Origin: Candidatus Thorarchaeota archaeon
GTDB lineage: Archaea; Asgardarchaeota; Thorarchaeia; Thorarchaeales; Thorarchaeaceae
Assembly (NCBI GenBank): GCA_048884965.1
Contig: JBHLQH010000054.1
Location: forward strand, 1-16,843
Direction of reading: 5' to 3'
Length of the DNA: 16,843 bases
The notes below the pieces were generated by a model that ran no database searches, was not told the origin of the DNA, and saw nothing but the letters and a program-made list of their open reading frames with translations. Position 1 is the first letter of the stretch; every line of letters starts with the position of its first letter. Positions 1 through 8,429 of the stretch are shown here, piece after piece. Position numbers and translations under genes: made by a program.

Positions 1-386
1 TCCAAGTTGCTAATCGCGATGACATATCTCCCTTCACTTTCAGCTTCAAAGAAAATCCTGCAAGAGTAATTGTCATGAGTTTTTGATGAAGCAAGATAGT
101 TGTTGGAATAATCAGGGTCCCAGAAATCATACACAGCAAGTTGAAAGTCCGGCCAGCCTGTTGCTCCTTCGAACTCAAGTGCAGAGATATTAGCTTGTAG
201 ATCATAACTTCTCGATCCAATGTTATTGATGACAAAATATTGTGTACTCTCTGGCAAGATGCCTTCGTAGTCATAATCGATTATGTTTATCCCATCTGCA
301 GAGACCTCGTATTGGATAGGACATGAGAAAAGCGAGATGGAGAAAACGGCTAGGAGTATCAAAGATGTTCTGGAGCGAGATGACAT
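1..386 (-). CDS. Secreted/surface protein, N-terminal part only (runs off the left edge); signal peptide followed by a beta-rich, PPC-like domain
   Basis: Not in the ORF track. Manual translation from ATG at 386 stays open to base 1: MSSRSRTSLILLAVFSISLFSCPIQYEVSADGINIIDYDYEGILPESTQYFVINNIG...DFQLAVYDFWDPDY...FEAESEGRYVIAISNL. Strong GGAGGTG RBS just upstream. Basic N-terminus plus hydrophobic stretch plus VSA cleavage-like site. The 'D-F-x-L-x-V-Y-D ... G-x-Y-x-I' pattern resembles PPC domains (inference). Confidence 0.85.
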   Translation of the reverse strand, partial: MSSRSRTSLILLAVFSISLFSCPIQYEVSADGINIIDYDYEGILPESTQYFVINNIGSRSYDLQANISALEFEGATGWPDFQLAVYDFWDPDYSNNYLASSKTHDNYSCRIFFEAESEGRYVIAISNL

Positions 387-419
387 AGCACCTCCCTCCG
401 ACACTGATACATATGGCTC

Positions 420-1016
420 TTATCCTGTTGAATCAGCTGACCCATCAATGTCCTTAACAGTGGTTTCCTGCGTTGGTACCTGTTCCTCTTCGTCCTTGGC
501 ACAGACGAATTCAGGAACTACAAGGATGACAATGAAGAGGATAATGATGATCGCAAACCCTTCTGGAGTTCTGAGGAATAGGCTTACGTTACCTACTGCA
601 GGAATTCTTCCAACGACCACTCCTACAATCTCATCGTAGGTTCGCTCACCTGGGTCGCGCATAGCATTGTTATCGCCTTTTGTATAGTAGTAATATGTGC
701 CATTAACGATCTGAATCTCTACCACCCGATGGACAATTGGCCCATCAGTATGCCACACCGTATCCTGATATACGACGATATCAAGAAGATGAATATCCTC
801 TTGTGCCCTCGCCTGAAGAACGAGAAGGTCTCCTCTATAGAGAGTCGTTTCCATTGACTCACTAGTTACAACAACCAATGGACTCGTCGTGCCCATTACA
901 ACCATGAAAATACCGTATCCTGTAAGTGTGCCTCCGATTACTACCGCCAATAGGAATGCGGTTTTCGCCCACTCTGAGCGGTCATTCCACCTGAGTTTCT
1001 GTCGAACCTTCTCCAT
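420..1016 (-). CDS. sec11: Signal peptidase I, archaeal/eukaryotic Sec11 type (S26B), copy 2
   Basis: N-terminal TM helix, VVVTSESM (catalytic Ser), GDLL, IVHRV (catalytic His), TKGDNN, VVGRIPAVG and a C-terminal TM helix. Confidence 0.93.
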   Translation of the reverse strand: MEKVRQKLRWNDRSEWAKTAFLLAVVIGGTLTGYGIFMVVMGTTSPLVVVTSESMETTLYRGDLLVLQARAQEDIHLLDIVVYQDTVWHTDGPIVHRVVEIQIVNGTYYYYTKGDNNAMRDPGERTYDEIVGVVVGRIPAVGNVSLFLRTPEGFAIIIILFIVILVVPEFVCAKDEEEQVPTQETTVKDIDGSADSTG

Positions 1017-1051
1017 TCATTGTACCCCTTCCCACGTCGGTTTCTAAGGGC

Positions 1052-1059
1052 TAATAAAA
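1052..1059 (-). promoter_or_regulatory. Putative TATA box for the downstream sec11 copy
   Basis: TTTTATTA on the minus strand about 36 nt upstream of ATG 1016, in the 73-nt intergenic gap. Confidence 0.35.
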
Positions 1060-1089
1060 CTGACGTTGCGTCTGGTGGAAGGATACGCC

Positions 1090-1647
1090 TCAGTTTTCTT
1101 CTCCGTCAATATTTCCAGTATTGGTCTTTTGTCTATCCAGTATTTCTGGTACTATCAAAAATACCGTTATGAGGAGAGTGATGACTATGAATATGTTATT
1201 TCGAAGGAACAGACTGATATTGCCTAAAAAGGGAATGCGTCCCACAACTACCCCGATAACCTCATCATTGGTCCTTGTTCCAATATCGTCATCTGGATTG
1301 TTATCCCCTTTAGTTGTGAAGTGATATGTCCCATTAATTTCTTGTATATCTACCACCCTGTGCACGATGCGAGTATCATTCAGCCAAGTCTTATCTTGAA
1401 AGACGATAATGTCCCAGATCTGGATATCCTCAGCGCTCTTCATCTGTATGAGTAACAGATCGCCTGCATACAGATTCGGTTCCATTGAGCCACTTGTTAC
1501 AACAACCAAAGGTGTTGGTGTACCCATCGATATACAGACAATCCCATAGATACCTAGAGACCCACCTATCACGAGTAGTAGTATTATGCCTGATTGAACA
1601 AACTCTGATCTCTCTTTCCACCTCAATCTGCTTAGTATTCTCCCCAT
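1090..1647 (-). CDS. sec11: Signal peptidase I, archaeal/eukaryotic Sec11 type (S26B), copy 1
   Basis: VVVTSGSMEP, GDLL, IVHRV, TKGDNN, VVGRIPFLG. ATG at 1647 (MGRILSRLRW) is preferred over the track's TTG at 1659 because it aligns with the paralog start MEKVRQKLRW. Confidence 0.93.
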   Translation of the reverse strand: MGRILSRLRWKERSEFVQSGIILLLVIGGSLGIYGIVCISMGTPTPLVVVTSGSMEPNLYAGDLLLIQMKSAEDIQIWDIIVFQDKTWLNDTRIVHRVVDIQEINGTYHFTTKGDNNPDDDIGTRTNDEVIGVVVGRIPFLGNISLFLRNNIFIVITLLITVFLIVPEILDRQKTNTGNIDGEEN

Positions 1648-1760
1648 AAGAACAACCAAATAATTTCTGGTTTATCTTTCCCTTAAAGGTAACGAAATTT
1701 CGCAGTAATCGATACGTTAAACAATGATGATACCACATCCAAGAAATAAGGTCGTTAGAT

Positions 1761-2891
1761 ATGAGCAGCATCTGGACGCGTTCCCTAAAGGCAAGCCCTC
1801 AATACGATTGTGGCCTATGTGGTTATCCCAAGTGCTCAAGCTTTACCAGAGCTGCCATTGTTGATTTCACCAGCATTGAAAAATGCCCTCTTCTCAGCCT
1901 TCCCTCCTTCAAGAAGGAGCGGATGGACCTGTTGACCCTTATCTCTCGAAAGACTGGCTTACGATTTAGAACGGCGACAGAGCTTCCTGAGGGCGGAGTT
2001 GTTCTCACGCGTCCATGCAAAGACACGGACCAGAAGGTCATGGCTGAGCTCAGAGTCCATAATGGTGTTGAACCAGGTGACAGGATAAATTTCGGAGTTT
2101 TTGATCCCATCCTTCTATGTGACCTTTCAGATTGCCTTTCCTCTGAATTCGATGAGGTAAAATGTAGTAGAGACTTGGGATATGGGCGTGCTGACACTGG
2201 CGAAATGAGCATCACACTTCTTCAAGATGGTCGCGTGAACATGCGGCGGGTGGATAGCAAGGAGCAGGTGCTAAAGGTCTTCGATAAGATTGAACGAGCT
2301 ATTCTAGGCTCTACGATGTGTAATTGCTGTGGGAATGACTTGATTTCAATCGTGTCGGGATTGGTATCCCATCAAGATGCCCATACTGTCCTTCAATGCG
2401 GCTCTTCAATTAAACTGGATTGTGAAATGCTAAAGCCCAAACTAACCGGAGGTCTTCTTGATCAGGTTTTTGACACACCAGAAATTCGATCTCTATTCGA
2501 TGAAACTGCTGAAGCAATGTTGAAGATGCTAAAATCTCTTTCTGCATCCAATCTTCAAACTGTATTCCATGTTTCAAGCGATCTCAGATGCAAACTAATT
2601 TCGTTAGTCTTGGAGAAAGATGACAAGCATAGACAGACAGTCCTCTTGAGAATGCTAGGATTTGAGTGGATACTTCAAAGCTCTCTTCACGCCCTCGAGC
2701 AACTACATCAACTCGTTGAAGATCTACCATCTAGCGAGATTGATATGAGTGATCAGATTATCAGAACTGCTGCATCAGGACAGGTACCAGTCGTACCTCC
2801 AATTGGGAAGGAATGTCTATACAAGATATTCGCTTTATCCAACTGCTTGGTGAGAGGACGAACCGCAATAGATGAGTGGTTGTCTGGCTAA
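1761..2891 (+). CDS. Fe-S cluster-binding domain protein of unknown function
   Basis: N-terminal DCGLCGYPKC...KCP motif (CxxCxxxxC...CP), the putative Fe-S domain also found in RnfB and CdhE/AcsC. Further Cys in RPC, LCDLSDC, KCS and CNCC. Helical C-terminus. Confidence 0.8.
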   Translation: MSSIWTRSLKASPQYDCGLCGYPKCSSFTRAAIVDFTSIEKCPLLSLPSFKKERMDLLTLISRKTGLRFRTATELPEGGVVLTRPCKDTDQKVMAELRVHNGVEPGDRINFGVFDPILLCDLSDCLSSEFDEVKCSRDLGYGRADTGEMSITLLQDGRVNMRRVDSKEQVLKVFDKIERAILGSTMCNCCGNDLISIVSGLVSHQDAHTVLQCGSSIKLDCEMLKPKLTGGLLDQVFDTPEIRSLFDETAEAMLKMLKSLSASNLQTVFHVSSDLRCKLISLVLEKDDKHRQTVLLRMLGFEWILQSSLHALEQLHQLVEDLPSSEIDMSDQIIRTAASGQVPVVPPIGKECLYKIFALSNCLVRGRTAIDEWLSG

Positions 2892-3347
2892 TCAGTGCCC
2901 ATATCTCTTGGCTGCTTCACCAATAATCTTGATGATCCTATCAGCATCCGCGAGCTTGTCAGGTTTCCATTCTTGGACTTCCTTGACGACATAGTTTCCT
3001 GCTTCCTTTCGCAAGAAGTCTTTGATGATATTCAACTTCTTGGATTCAGCAGCTGCTACGCGCATTGCGTCTTGCGTAGTTGGATATCCGGATTTTGGGA
3101 GTTCTGTAGTACTCATTACATACCATTGATCATTCCCAATCTTGGCGGCAATTATCTCTGCTGGCATCACATCCATGTTCTCTTTGAAGACGATTGTGTC
3201 CCCAACATCAACATGAGTGACCTCTTCGCAAACTGTACCTGTTACTTTTTCACATGTTTCATTGAAATCGAAAAGCACTCTACCAACCGCTTTCCTGAGA
3301 ATATCTAAAGTTGCGAAAACAATTATTCCTTCACTGCTATCGGGCAT
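2892..3347 (-). CDS. Hypothetical protein, 151 aa
   Basis: ATG start with AGGTGA RBS-like sequence upstream. Protein-like composition. Fills the space between two + strand genes, with its stop codon abutting the Fe-S gene stop. Confidence 0.75.
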   Translation of the reverse strand: MPDSSEGIIVFATLDILRKAVGRVLFDFNETCEKVTGTVCEEVTHVDVGDTIVFKENMDVMPAEIIAAKIGNDQWYVMSTTELPKSGYPTTQDAMRVAAAESKKLNIIKDFLRKEAGNYVVKEVQEWKPDKLADADRIIKIIGEAAKRYGH

Positions 3348-3470
3348 GACCTATCACCTGAAACGTTTAGCTCCTTCCGAATTAACCTTTGTCCTTTAAC
3401 AATGTTTTCAAGAAGTAAACCTGATATCTTAAAAGTAGGACCCTTCTCTTAATATTTGGAGTGGCTCTGG

Positions 3471-4844
3471 GTGAAGATAACTACAATCCGGTCTGAAGGT
3501 CTATCACATCTTTCGTACTTTGTGAGTTCAGATGGTGAGGCCATGGTCATTGACCCCCGACGTGATTGTGATGTATATGTGGAATTAGCAACTATAGACG
3601 AGTCTGATATTCTCCACATCTTCGAAACACACCGGAATGAGGATTATGTCGTTGGCTCTCTGGAACTACAGAACCTTGCTCCCTCTGCTAGAATAGGACA
3701 TAGTGCTTCAACGAGCTTCAAATATGGCGATGACAATCTGCACGATGAAGACACTTTCAGTATTGGTGGATTCAAAGTGACTGTAGTTCACACACCTGGT
3801 CATACAGATGATTGTCTTTGCTTCGCCGTACACGACTATGGCTTTAGTGATGACACTCTCCTCCTCTTCACAGGAGACACATTATTCGTTAATGAGGTCG
3901 GACGTACCGATCTTGTTGACAAAAGCAAGCATGAGGAGATGTCAAGGAAGCTCTGGTATAGTCTTCATGAAAAGGTTCTACCCCTTGGGGATGGTGTTAT
4001 AGTATACCCTGGACATGGTGCAGGGTCGGTCTGTGGCGGTGCCATTGGGAGCAGGGATTTCTCTACGATTGGATATGAACGAAGAAATAACGTCTGGCTT
4101 TCAATGGATGAGGAGGAGTTTGTTAGCAATAAACTCAGGCAAAATCTTACTATATCTCCCTATTTTAAGAGATGTGAGAAGTTGAATACAGATGGTCCTC
4201 CACTAATTGCAGATCTTGATCCTATTCGCTTGCTAGATCTTTCTACATTTGAGCACTTGGCTGATGATAGCAATTCGATGATTCTTGATACAAGACCTGC
4301 ATCTGATTTTGCGAGAAACCATATTCCGAAGTCAATAAGCATGGACTTAGACAATATGGGTCTGTTTGCTGGATGGATTCTCTATCCCGAGTATCAGTAT
4401 CTATTTGCCTTGAATTCGCCTATGGATTTGGAGGAAGCCGCAGGTGCACTCTACCGAGTGGGTATTGACTCAATGTATGGATACTTGAATGGTGGATTCG
4501 CAGCTTGGCAAGCATCTGGCAAGCGAACAGAAACGCTACCAATGTACAGCGTAGACTCAATCATATCCGGACTATCAAATGGTACATTTCAGCTCGTGGA
4601 TGTGAGACAACCTCATGAGACAACTAGCTATGGAATCGAAGGTTCATCCTTCATTCCATTGACTACGATGAATGAACTAGGTATGTTGAATCCAAGTCTT
4701 CCTACTGCTACAATTTGTCCTGCTGGTGTGCGAAGCGCAACGGGGGCGAGTATCATGAAACATGCTGGTATCAAGCTCGCTGGTATCTCAGAATATGGAC
4801 TGAAAGAATGGAAATTGCGTGGACTGCCGATGTTACGTGAATGA
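3471..4844 (+). CDS. MBL-fold metallo-hydrolase fused to two rhodanese-type domains (persulfide dioxygenase/CstB-like)
   Basis: SHLSYF, VIDPRRD, ETHRNEDY (variant of THxHxDH), HTPGHT, FTGDTLF..VGRTDL, YPGHGAGSVCG. These are followed by a pseudo-rhodanese domain (LDTRP) and a rhodanese domain (VDVRQ...ICPAGVRS). GTG at 3471 after GGAG is the likely start; the track starts at TTG 3456. Confidence 0.9.
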   Translation: MKITTIRSEGLSHLSYFVSSDGEAMVIDPRRDCDVYVELATIDESDILHIFETHRNEDYVVGSLELQNLAPSARIGHSASTSFKYGDDNLHDEDTFSIGGFKVTVVHTPGHTDDCLCFAVHDYGFSDDTLLLFTGDTLFVNEVGRTDLVDKSKHEEMSRKLWYSLHEKVLPLGDGVIVYPGHGAGSVCGGAIGSRDFSTIGYERRNNVWLSMDEEEFVSNKLRQNLTISPYFKRCEKLNTDGPPLIADLDPIRLLDLSTFEHLADDSNSMILDTRPASDFARNHIPKSISMDLDNMGLFAGWILYPEYQYLFALNSPMDLEEAAGALYRVGIDSMYGYLNGGFAAWQASGKRTETLPMYSVDSIISGLSNGTFQLVDVRQPHETTSYGIEGSSFIPLTTMNELGMLNPSLPTATICPAGVRSATGASIMKHAGIKLAGISEYGLKEWKLRGLPMLRE

Positions 4845-4853
4845 GAACGGAGT

Positions 4854-6449
4854 ATGCATCCTATGTTTTGGAGACGATCGACAGGAAGATCAGATGTCCT
4901 TTCACACAAAGGAATGGTAGCATCATCGCAACCCCTTGCGACTCAGGCTGGACTTGATATCCTGAAGGCAGGAGGGAATGCTGTAGATGCTGGGATAGCG
5001 GTTGCTGCGGTCCTTGATGTTGTGGAACCCTTCAGCACTGGATGTGGTGGGGACGCCTTTGTATTGATTCACATACCAAGACAGAATATTCCTCTGAGCT
5101 ATAATGGTTCTGGCCGATCTGGGTCTCTTGCTACCCTTGACGACCTAACGAATCGAGGCTGGACAGAAATGCCCCTTCGGGGCGGACCTAGTGTAAGTGT
5201 TCCTGGGGCAATGCATCTGTGGTACACCTTGAACAAGGAACATGGTGCCTTGGAGTTCAGTGAGGTTCTAAGATATGCAATCAGGTATGCACGAGAAGGA
5301 TTTCCTGTTTCCCCAGTTATTGCACAGCAGTGGCAAACAGTCGTTTCAGTTCTCAGAGGCGAAGAAGCACGAAGCATCTTTAGCATTGATGGAATGGCTC
5401 CATCAACTGGTGCCTGCATGAGAAATCCCCAGCTTGCTAAGGTCTTTGAGGAAGTTAGCATTGAGGGACTTGATGTCTTCTATAATGGATGGGTCGCCGA
5501 GGCCATTGTGGAAACAGTTGCTGAAGATGGTGGATTCCTATCACTTGACGATCTGGCTGATCACGCTACTGAGAAGACAATCCCCATCTCTTCGGAATAT
5601 AGAGGGGTTGAGGTCTTCGAGCACCCACCTAATGGACAGGGATTCGCAGCGTTGATGATGTTGAATATCATGGAGCGGTTTGATTTCTCATCCTTTGGCC
5701 CTATCTCCGCGGAAAGGTATCACCTAATGATTGAAGCGAAGAAATTAGCATATGACGATCTCCATCGACATAACGCAGATCCTTCTTTCTACGACGTGCC
5801 CTTGAAGACCCTATTATCTAAGGAATATGCTATATCAAGGGCTACATTGATTCAAACTGATACATCTCTTGACACTATTAATTTAGATATGAACTATACT
5901 CATGATACTGTTTATCTCTGTGCTGCTGATGCTGATGGGATGGCAGTATCCTTTATCAATAGCCTTTATAGAGGATTTGGCAGTGGTCTTGTAGCAAAGG
6001 GTACTGGCATAAAATTGCAAAATCGTGCCAACTTGTTCTCACTGGATCCTGACCATGCGAATTGCTATGCTCCCCGGAAACGTCCCTTCCACACAATAAT
6101 CCCGGGAGCCCTGTATCGAGAGAAGGAATTCATGGGTGTCTTCGGAATTATGGGAGGCTCTCACCAAGCACAGGCACACGCCCAATTCGTTAGCAATCTT
6201 ATCGATTATGGGATGGGCCCTCAAGAAGCGCTAGATCATCCTCGCTTCAATCATGAGCAGCTCACTAATACTCTGGGTCTTGAGAATGGGATACCTCCTG
6301 AAGTTCAGGGCGAATTGCGAAGGCGAGGGCATACCCTAGTTCATGAAACGATGTCAGGCTTCGGAGGAGGTCAGGCAATATTGCATGAAAATGGATACTG
6401 GATTGCTGGCTCAGACTACCGAAAGGACGGACAAGCCTCAGGATACTGA
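4854..6449 (+). CDS. ggt: Gamma-glutamyltransferase (Ntn-hydrolase)
   Basis: GMVASSQPLA, GGNAVDA, VVEPFSTGCGGD, VPGA, PPNGQG, HDTVYL (autoprocessing Thr), SFINSLY.GFGSG, LQNR, KRPFHTIIP, GIMGG..QAQ, SDYRKDG. Confidence 0.96.
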   Translation: MHPMFWRRSTGRSDVLSHKGMVASSQPLATQAGLDILKAGGNAVDAGIAVAAVLDVVEPFSTGCGGDAFVLIHIPRQNIPLSYNGSGRSGSLATLDDLTNRGWTEMPLRGGPSVSVPGAMHLWYTLNKEHGALEFSEVLRYAIRYAREGFPVSPVIAQQWQTVVSVLRGEEARSIFSIDGMAPSTGACMRNPQLAKVFEEVSIEGLDVFYNGWVAEAIVETVAEDGGFLSLDDLADHATEKTIPISSEYRGVEVFEHPPNGQGFAALMMLNIMERFDFSSFGPISAERYHLMIEAKKLAYDDLHRHNADPSFYDVPLKTLLSKEYAISRATLIQTDTSLDTINLDMNYTHDTVYLCAADADGMAVSFINSLYRGFGSGLVAKGTGIKLQNRANLFSLDPDHANCYAPRKRPFHTIIPGALYREKEFMGVFGIMGGSHQAQAHAQFVSNLIDYGMGPQEALDHPRFNHEQLTNTLGLENGIPPEVQGELRRRGHTLVHETMSGFGGGQAILHENGYWIAGSDYRKDGQASGY

Positions 6450-6512
6450 GCCCTTTGCATAAATCTAAAACATGTCTTGGGGTAGGGATTGATATCTTAT
6501 TGAGGTGCTTTG

Positions 6513-7958
6513 ATGACTGGCGAATCTGAGGACTATCGAATTGAGAGCGATCTACTTGGACCGCGTGAAATCCCCAAGGATGCTTACTGGGGTGTACAGA
6601 CCCTTCGTGCTCAGGAGAATTTTGGCGTTTCACTGGTCCGATTGTACAAGTACTCGACTCTTGTTCAGACAATGGCCATGGTCAAGAAAGCCTGTACACT
6701 AGCAAATAAGGATCTAAACCATCTCTCAGATCAGTACGCGGATGCAATCATAAAGGCATGTGATGAGGTCATTGACGGAAAGCTGGAGTACGAGTTCGTA
6801 GTTGATATGTTGCAAGGCGGTGCTGGAACCAGTACCAATATGAATGTGAACGAGGTCATCGCTTCTCGAGCAAATGAGATTTTGGGGCACCCTCGAAATT
6901 CGATGGCCCCCATCTCTGCAAACGATCATGTCAACATGAGCCAATCGACCAATGATGTCTATCCAACTGCAATAAAGATAGCTGCCATCTTTGGTCTTCG
7001 TGATCTTGTAATGAATCTGAAGGTACTTGTAGCCGCTCTTGACGAGAAGGCAGAGGATTTCAAGGATACCCTGAAGCTTGGTAGAACAGAGATGCAAGAT
7101 GCTGTTCCAATCACACTTGGCCAAGAATTCTCAGCTTGGTCTGCTGCCCTCAAGCGGGACATGGACCGAATCGTTATTGCAATTAAAGTGCTTGAAACGC
7201 ATAACATTGGGGCCACAGCCATTGGCACATCACTCAATGCAGACCCTGAGTATATCGAGCTCGCTGAAGGACATCTTCGCGATGTCACTGGATTGAAGGA
7301 ACTCACAACTGCTGAGAACCTCATAGACGATACTCAGAACTCCGACGAATTCGTTCATGCATCAGGCCTTCTTAAGGTTCTAGCTACAAATCTTGCAAAG
7401 ATAGCTGGTGATCTAATCATCCTTTCTTCTGGACCCATAGGCGGCTTTCACGAAATCACTCTTCCTCCTGTTCAACCTGGCTCCTCAATCATGCCTGGAA
7501 AGATCAATCCTGTTATTCCAGAGATGATCATCCAAGTTGCCTATCAGGTCATTGGTCATGACCTCACGATTTCACTTGGTGCTCAAGCAGGTCAGCTTGA
7601 ATTGAATGCCTTTGAACCCTTATTAGCCTACAACTTCTTTCAAGCTCTAAAGGTCCTGAAGAACTCCATCCCCATTCTATCAGAAAAATGCATCATTGGT
7701 ATCCGACCAAATCCTATAGGTCTTGATGTAGTGCATAGGAGTGTTGGGTTGGTCACAGCCCTTAACCCCGTTATTGGCTACAAAGCTTCCACGAGGATTG
7801 CCAAGAAAGCTCTTGAATCCGGACGTCCGATTAGGGACCTCGTACTGGAAGAAGGAATCATCGAAGAAGCAACATTGGATAAGCTCCTTTCCCCCCAGAG
7901 AATGACCCGCTCTGGGAATATTGATCATAACCATGCCGGGCGAAAGAAAGATGAATAG
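6513..7958 (+). CDS. aspA: Aspartate ammonia-lyase (fumarase/aspartase superfamily)
   Basis: RIESDLLG, YWGVQTLRA, QGGAGTSTNMNVNEVI, SQSTNDVYPTA, GRTEMQDAVP, signature GSSIMPGKINPVIPE, GQLELNAFEP. GGAGTS and QDAVP favour AspA over FumC. GAGGTG RBS precedes ATG 6513. Confidence 0.92.
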   Translation: MTGESEDYRIESDLLGPREIPKDAYWGVQTLRAQENFGVSLVRLYKYSTLVQTMAMVKKACTLANKDLNHLSDQYADAIIKACDEVIDGKLEYEFVVDMLQGGAGTSTNMNVNEVIASRANEILGHPRNSMAPISANDHVNMSQSTNDVYPTAIKIAAIFGLRDLVMNLKVLVAALDEKAEDFKDTLKLGRTEMQDAVPITLGQEFSAWSAALKRDMDRIVIAIKVLETHNIGATAIGTSLNADPEYIELAEGHLRDVTGLKELTTAENLIDDTQNSDEFVHASGLLKVLATNLAKIAGDLIILSSGPIGGFHEITLPPVQPGSSIMPGKINPVIPEMIIQVAYQVIGHDLTISLGAQAGQLELNAFEPLLAYNFFQALKVLKNSIPILSEKCIIGIRPNPIGLDVVHRSVGLVTALNPVIGYKASTRIAKKALESGRPIRDLVLEEGIIEEATLDKLLSPQRMTRSGNIDHNHAGRKKDE

Positions 7959-7982
7959 GTTCAGTATCTCTAGGTGAGTGAT

Positions 7983-8429
7983 ATGAAATCGATAAACTCT
8001 GATATCGCATCTGAACTTCTTATGATAATGGATGAGCAAAGAGTAGCTGTTCTGACGACTATGGGCAAGCAGTTTCCATATTCGTGCCTCGTATCCTTCG
8101 ACGTTTCTCGAGATATAGATTATCTATTCTTTGCGACGAAGAGGAAACGTCAGAAGTTCGAGAATATCATGAAAGATCCCCGTGTTGCTTTGGTCATTGA
8201 TGATCGAGATAACACTGATTTCAGCCTTCATGGAACAAATGTGATCTCTTTATCTGGAATTGCTGAAGACTATCAAGGAGAGGATTTACAGCTTCTTCTT
8301 CAATCCCTCGAGAAAAAACATCCATACCTAAAGGATTTCCTCAAAAGCGAGGATACATCTTTGATTCGAGTTATGATTGATACAATCTACTTAGTCGATA
8401 ATTTTGAACGAGTAAGACGCTTCGAGTAG
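7983..8429 (+). CDS. Pyridoxamine 5'-phosphate oxidase-like flavin-binding split-barrel protein
   Basis: VAVLTT...PYSCLVSF...LFFATKRKRQKFENIMKDPRVALVID pattern. ATG at 7983 follows a GGTGA RBS; alternative start GTG 7974. Confidence 0.88.
   Translation: MKSINSDIASELLMIMDEQRVAVLTTMGKQFPYSCLVSFDVSRDIDYLFFATKRKRQKFENIMKDPRVALVIDDRDNTDFSLHGTNVISLSGIAEDYQGEDLQLLLQSLEKKHPYLKDFLKSEDTSLIRVMIDTIYLVDNFERVRRFE

Noticed and set aside
3456-8429. Four consecutive + strand genes all in the same reading frame (polyprotein or recoding idea)
   Set aside because: Additional in-frame TAG stops lie between ggt and aspA and between aspA and the PNPOx gene, both of which have their own RBS. Consistent with chance.
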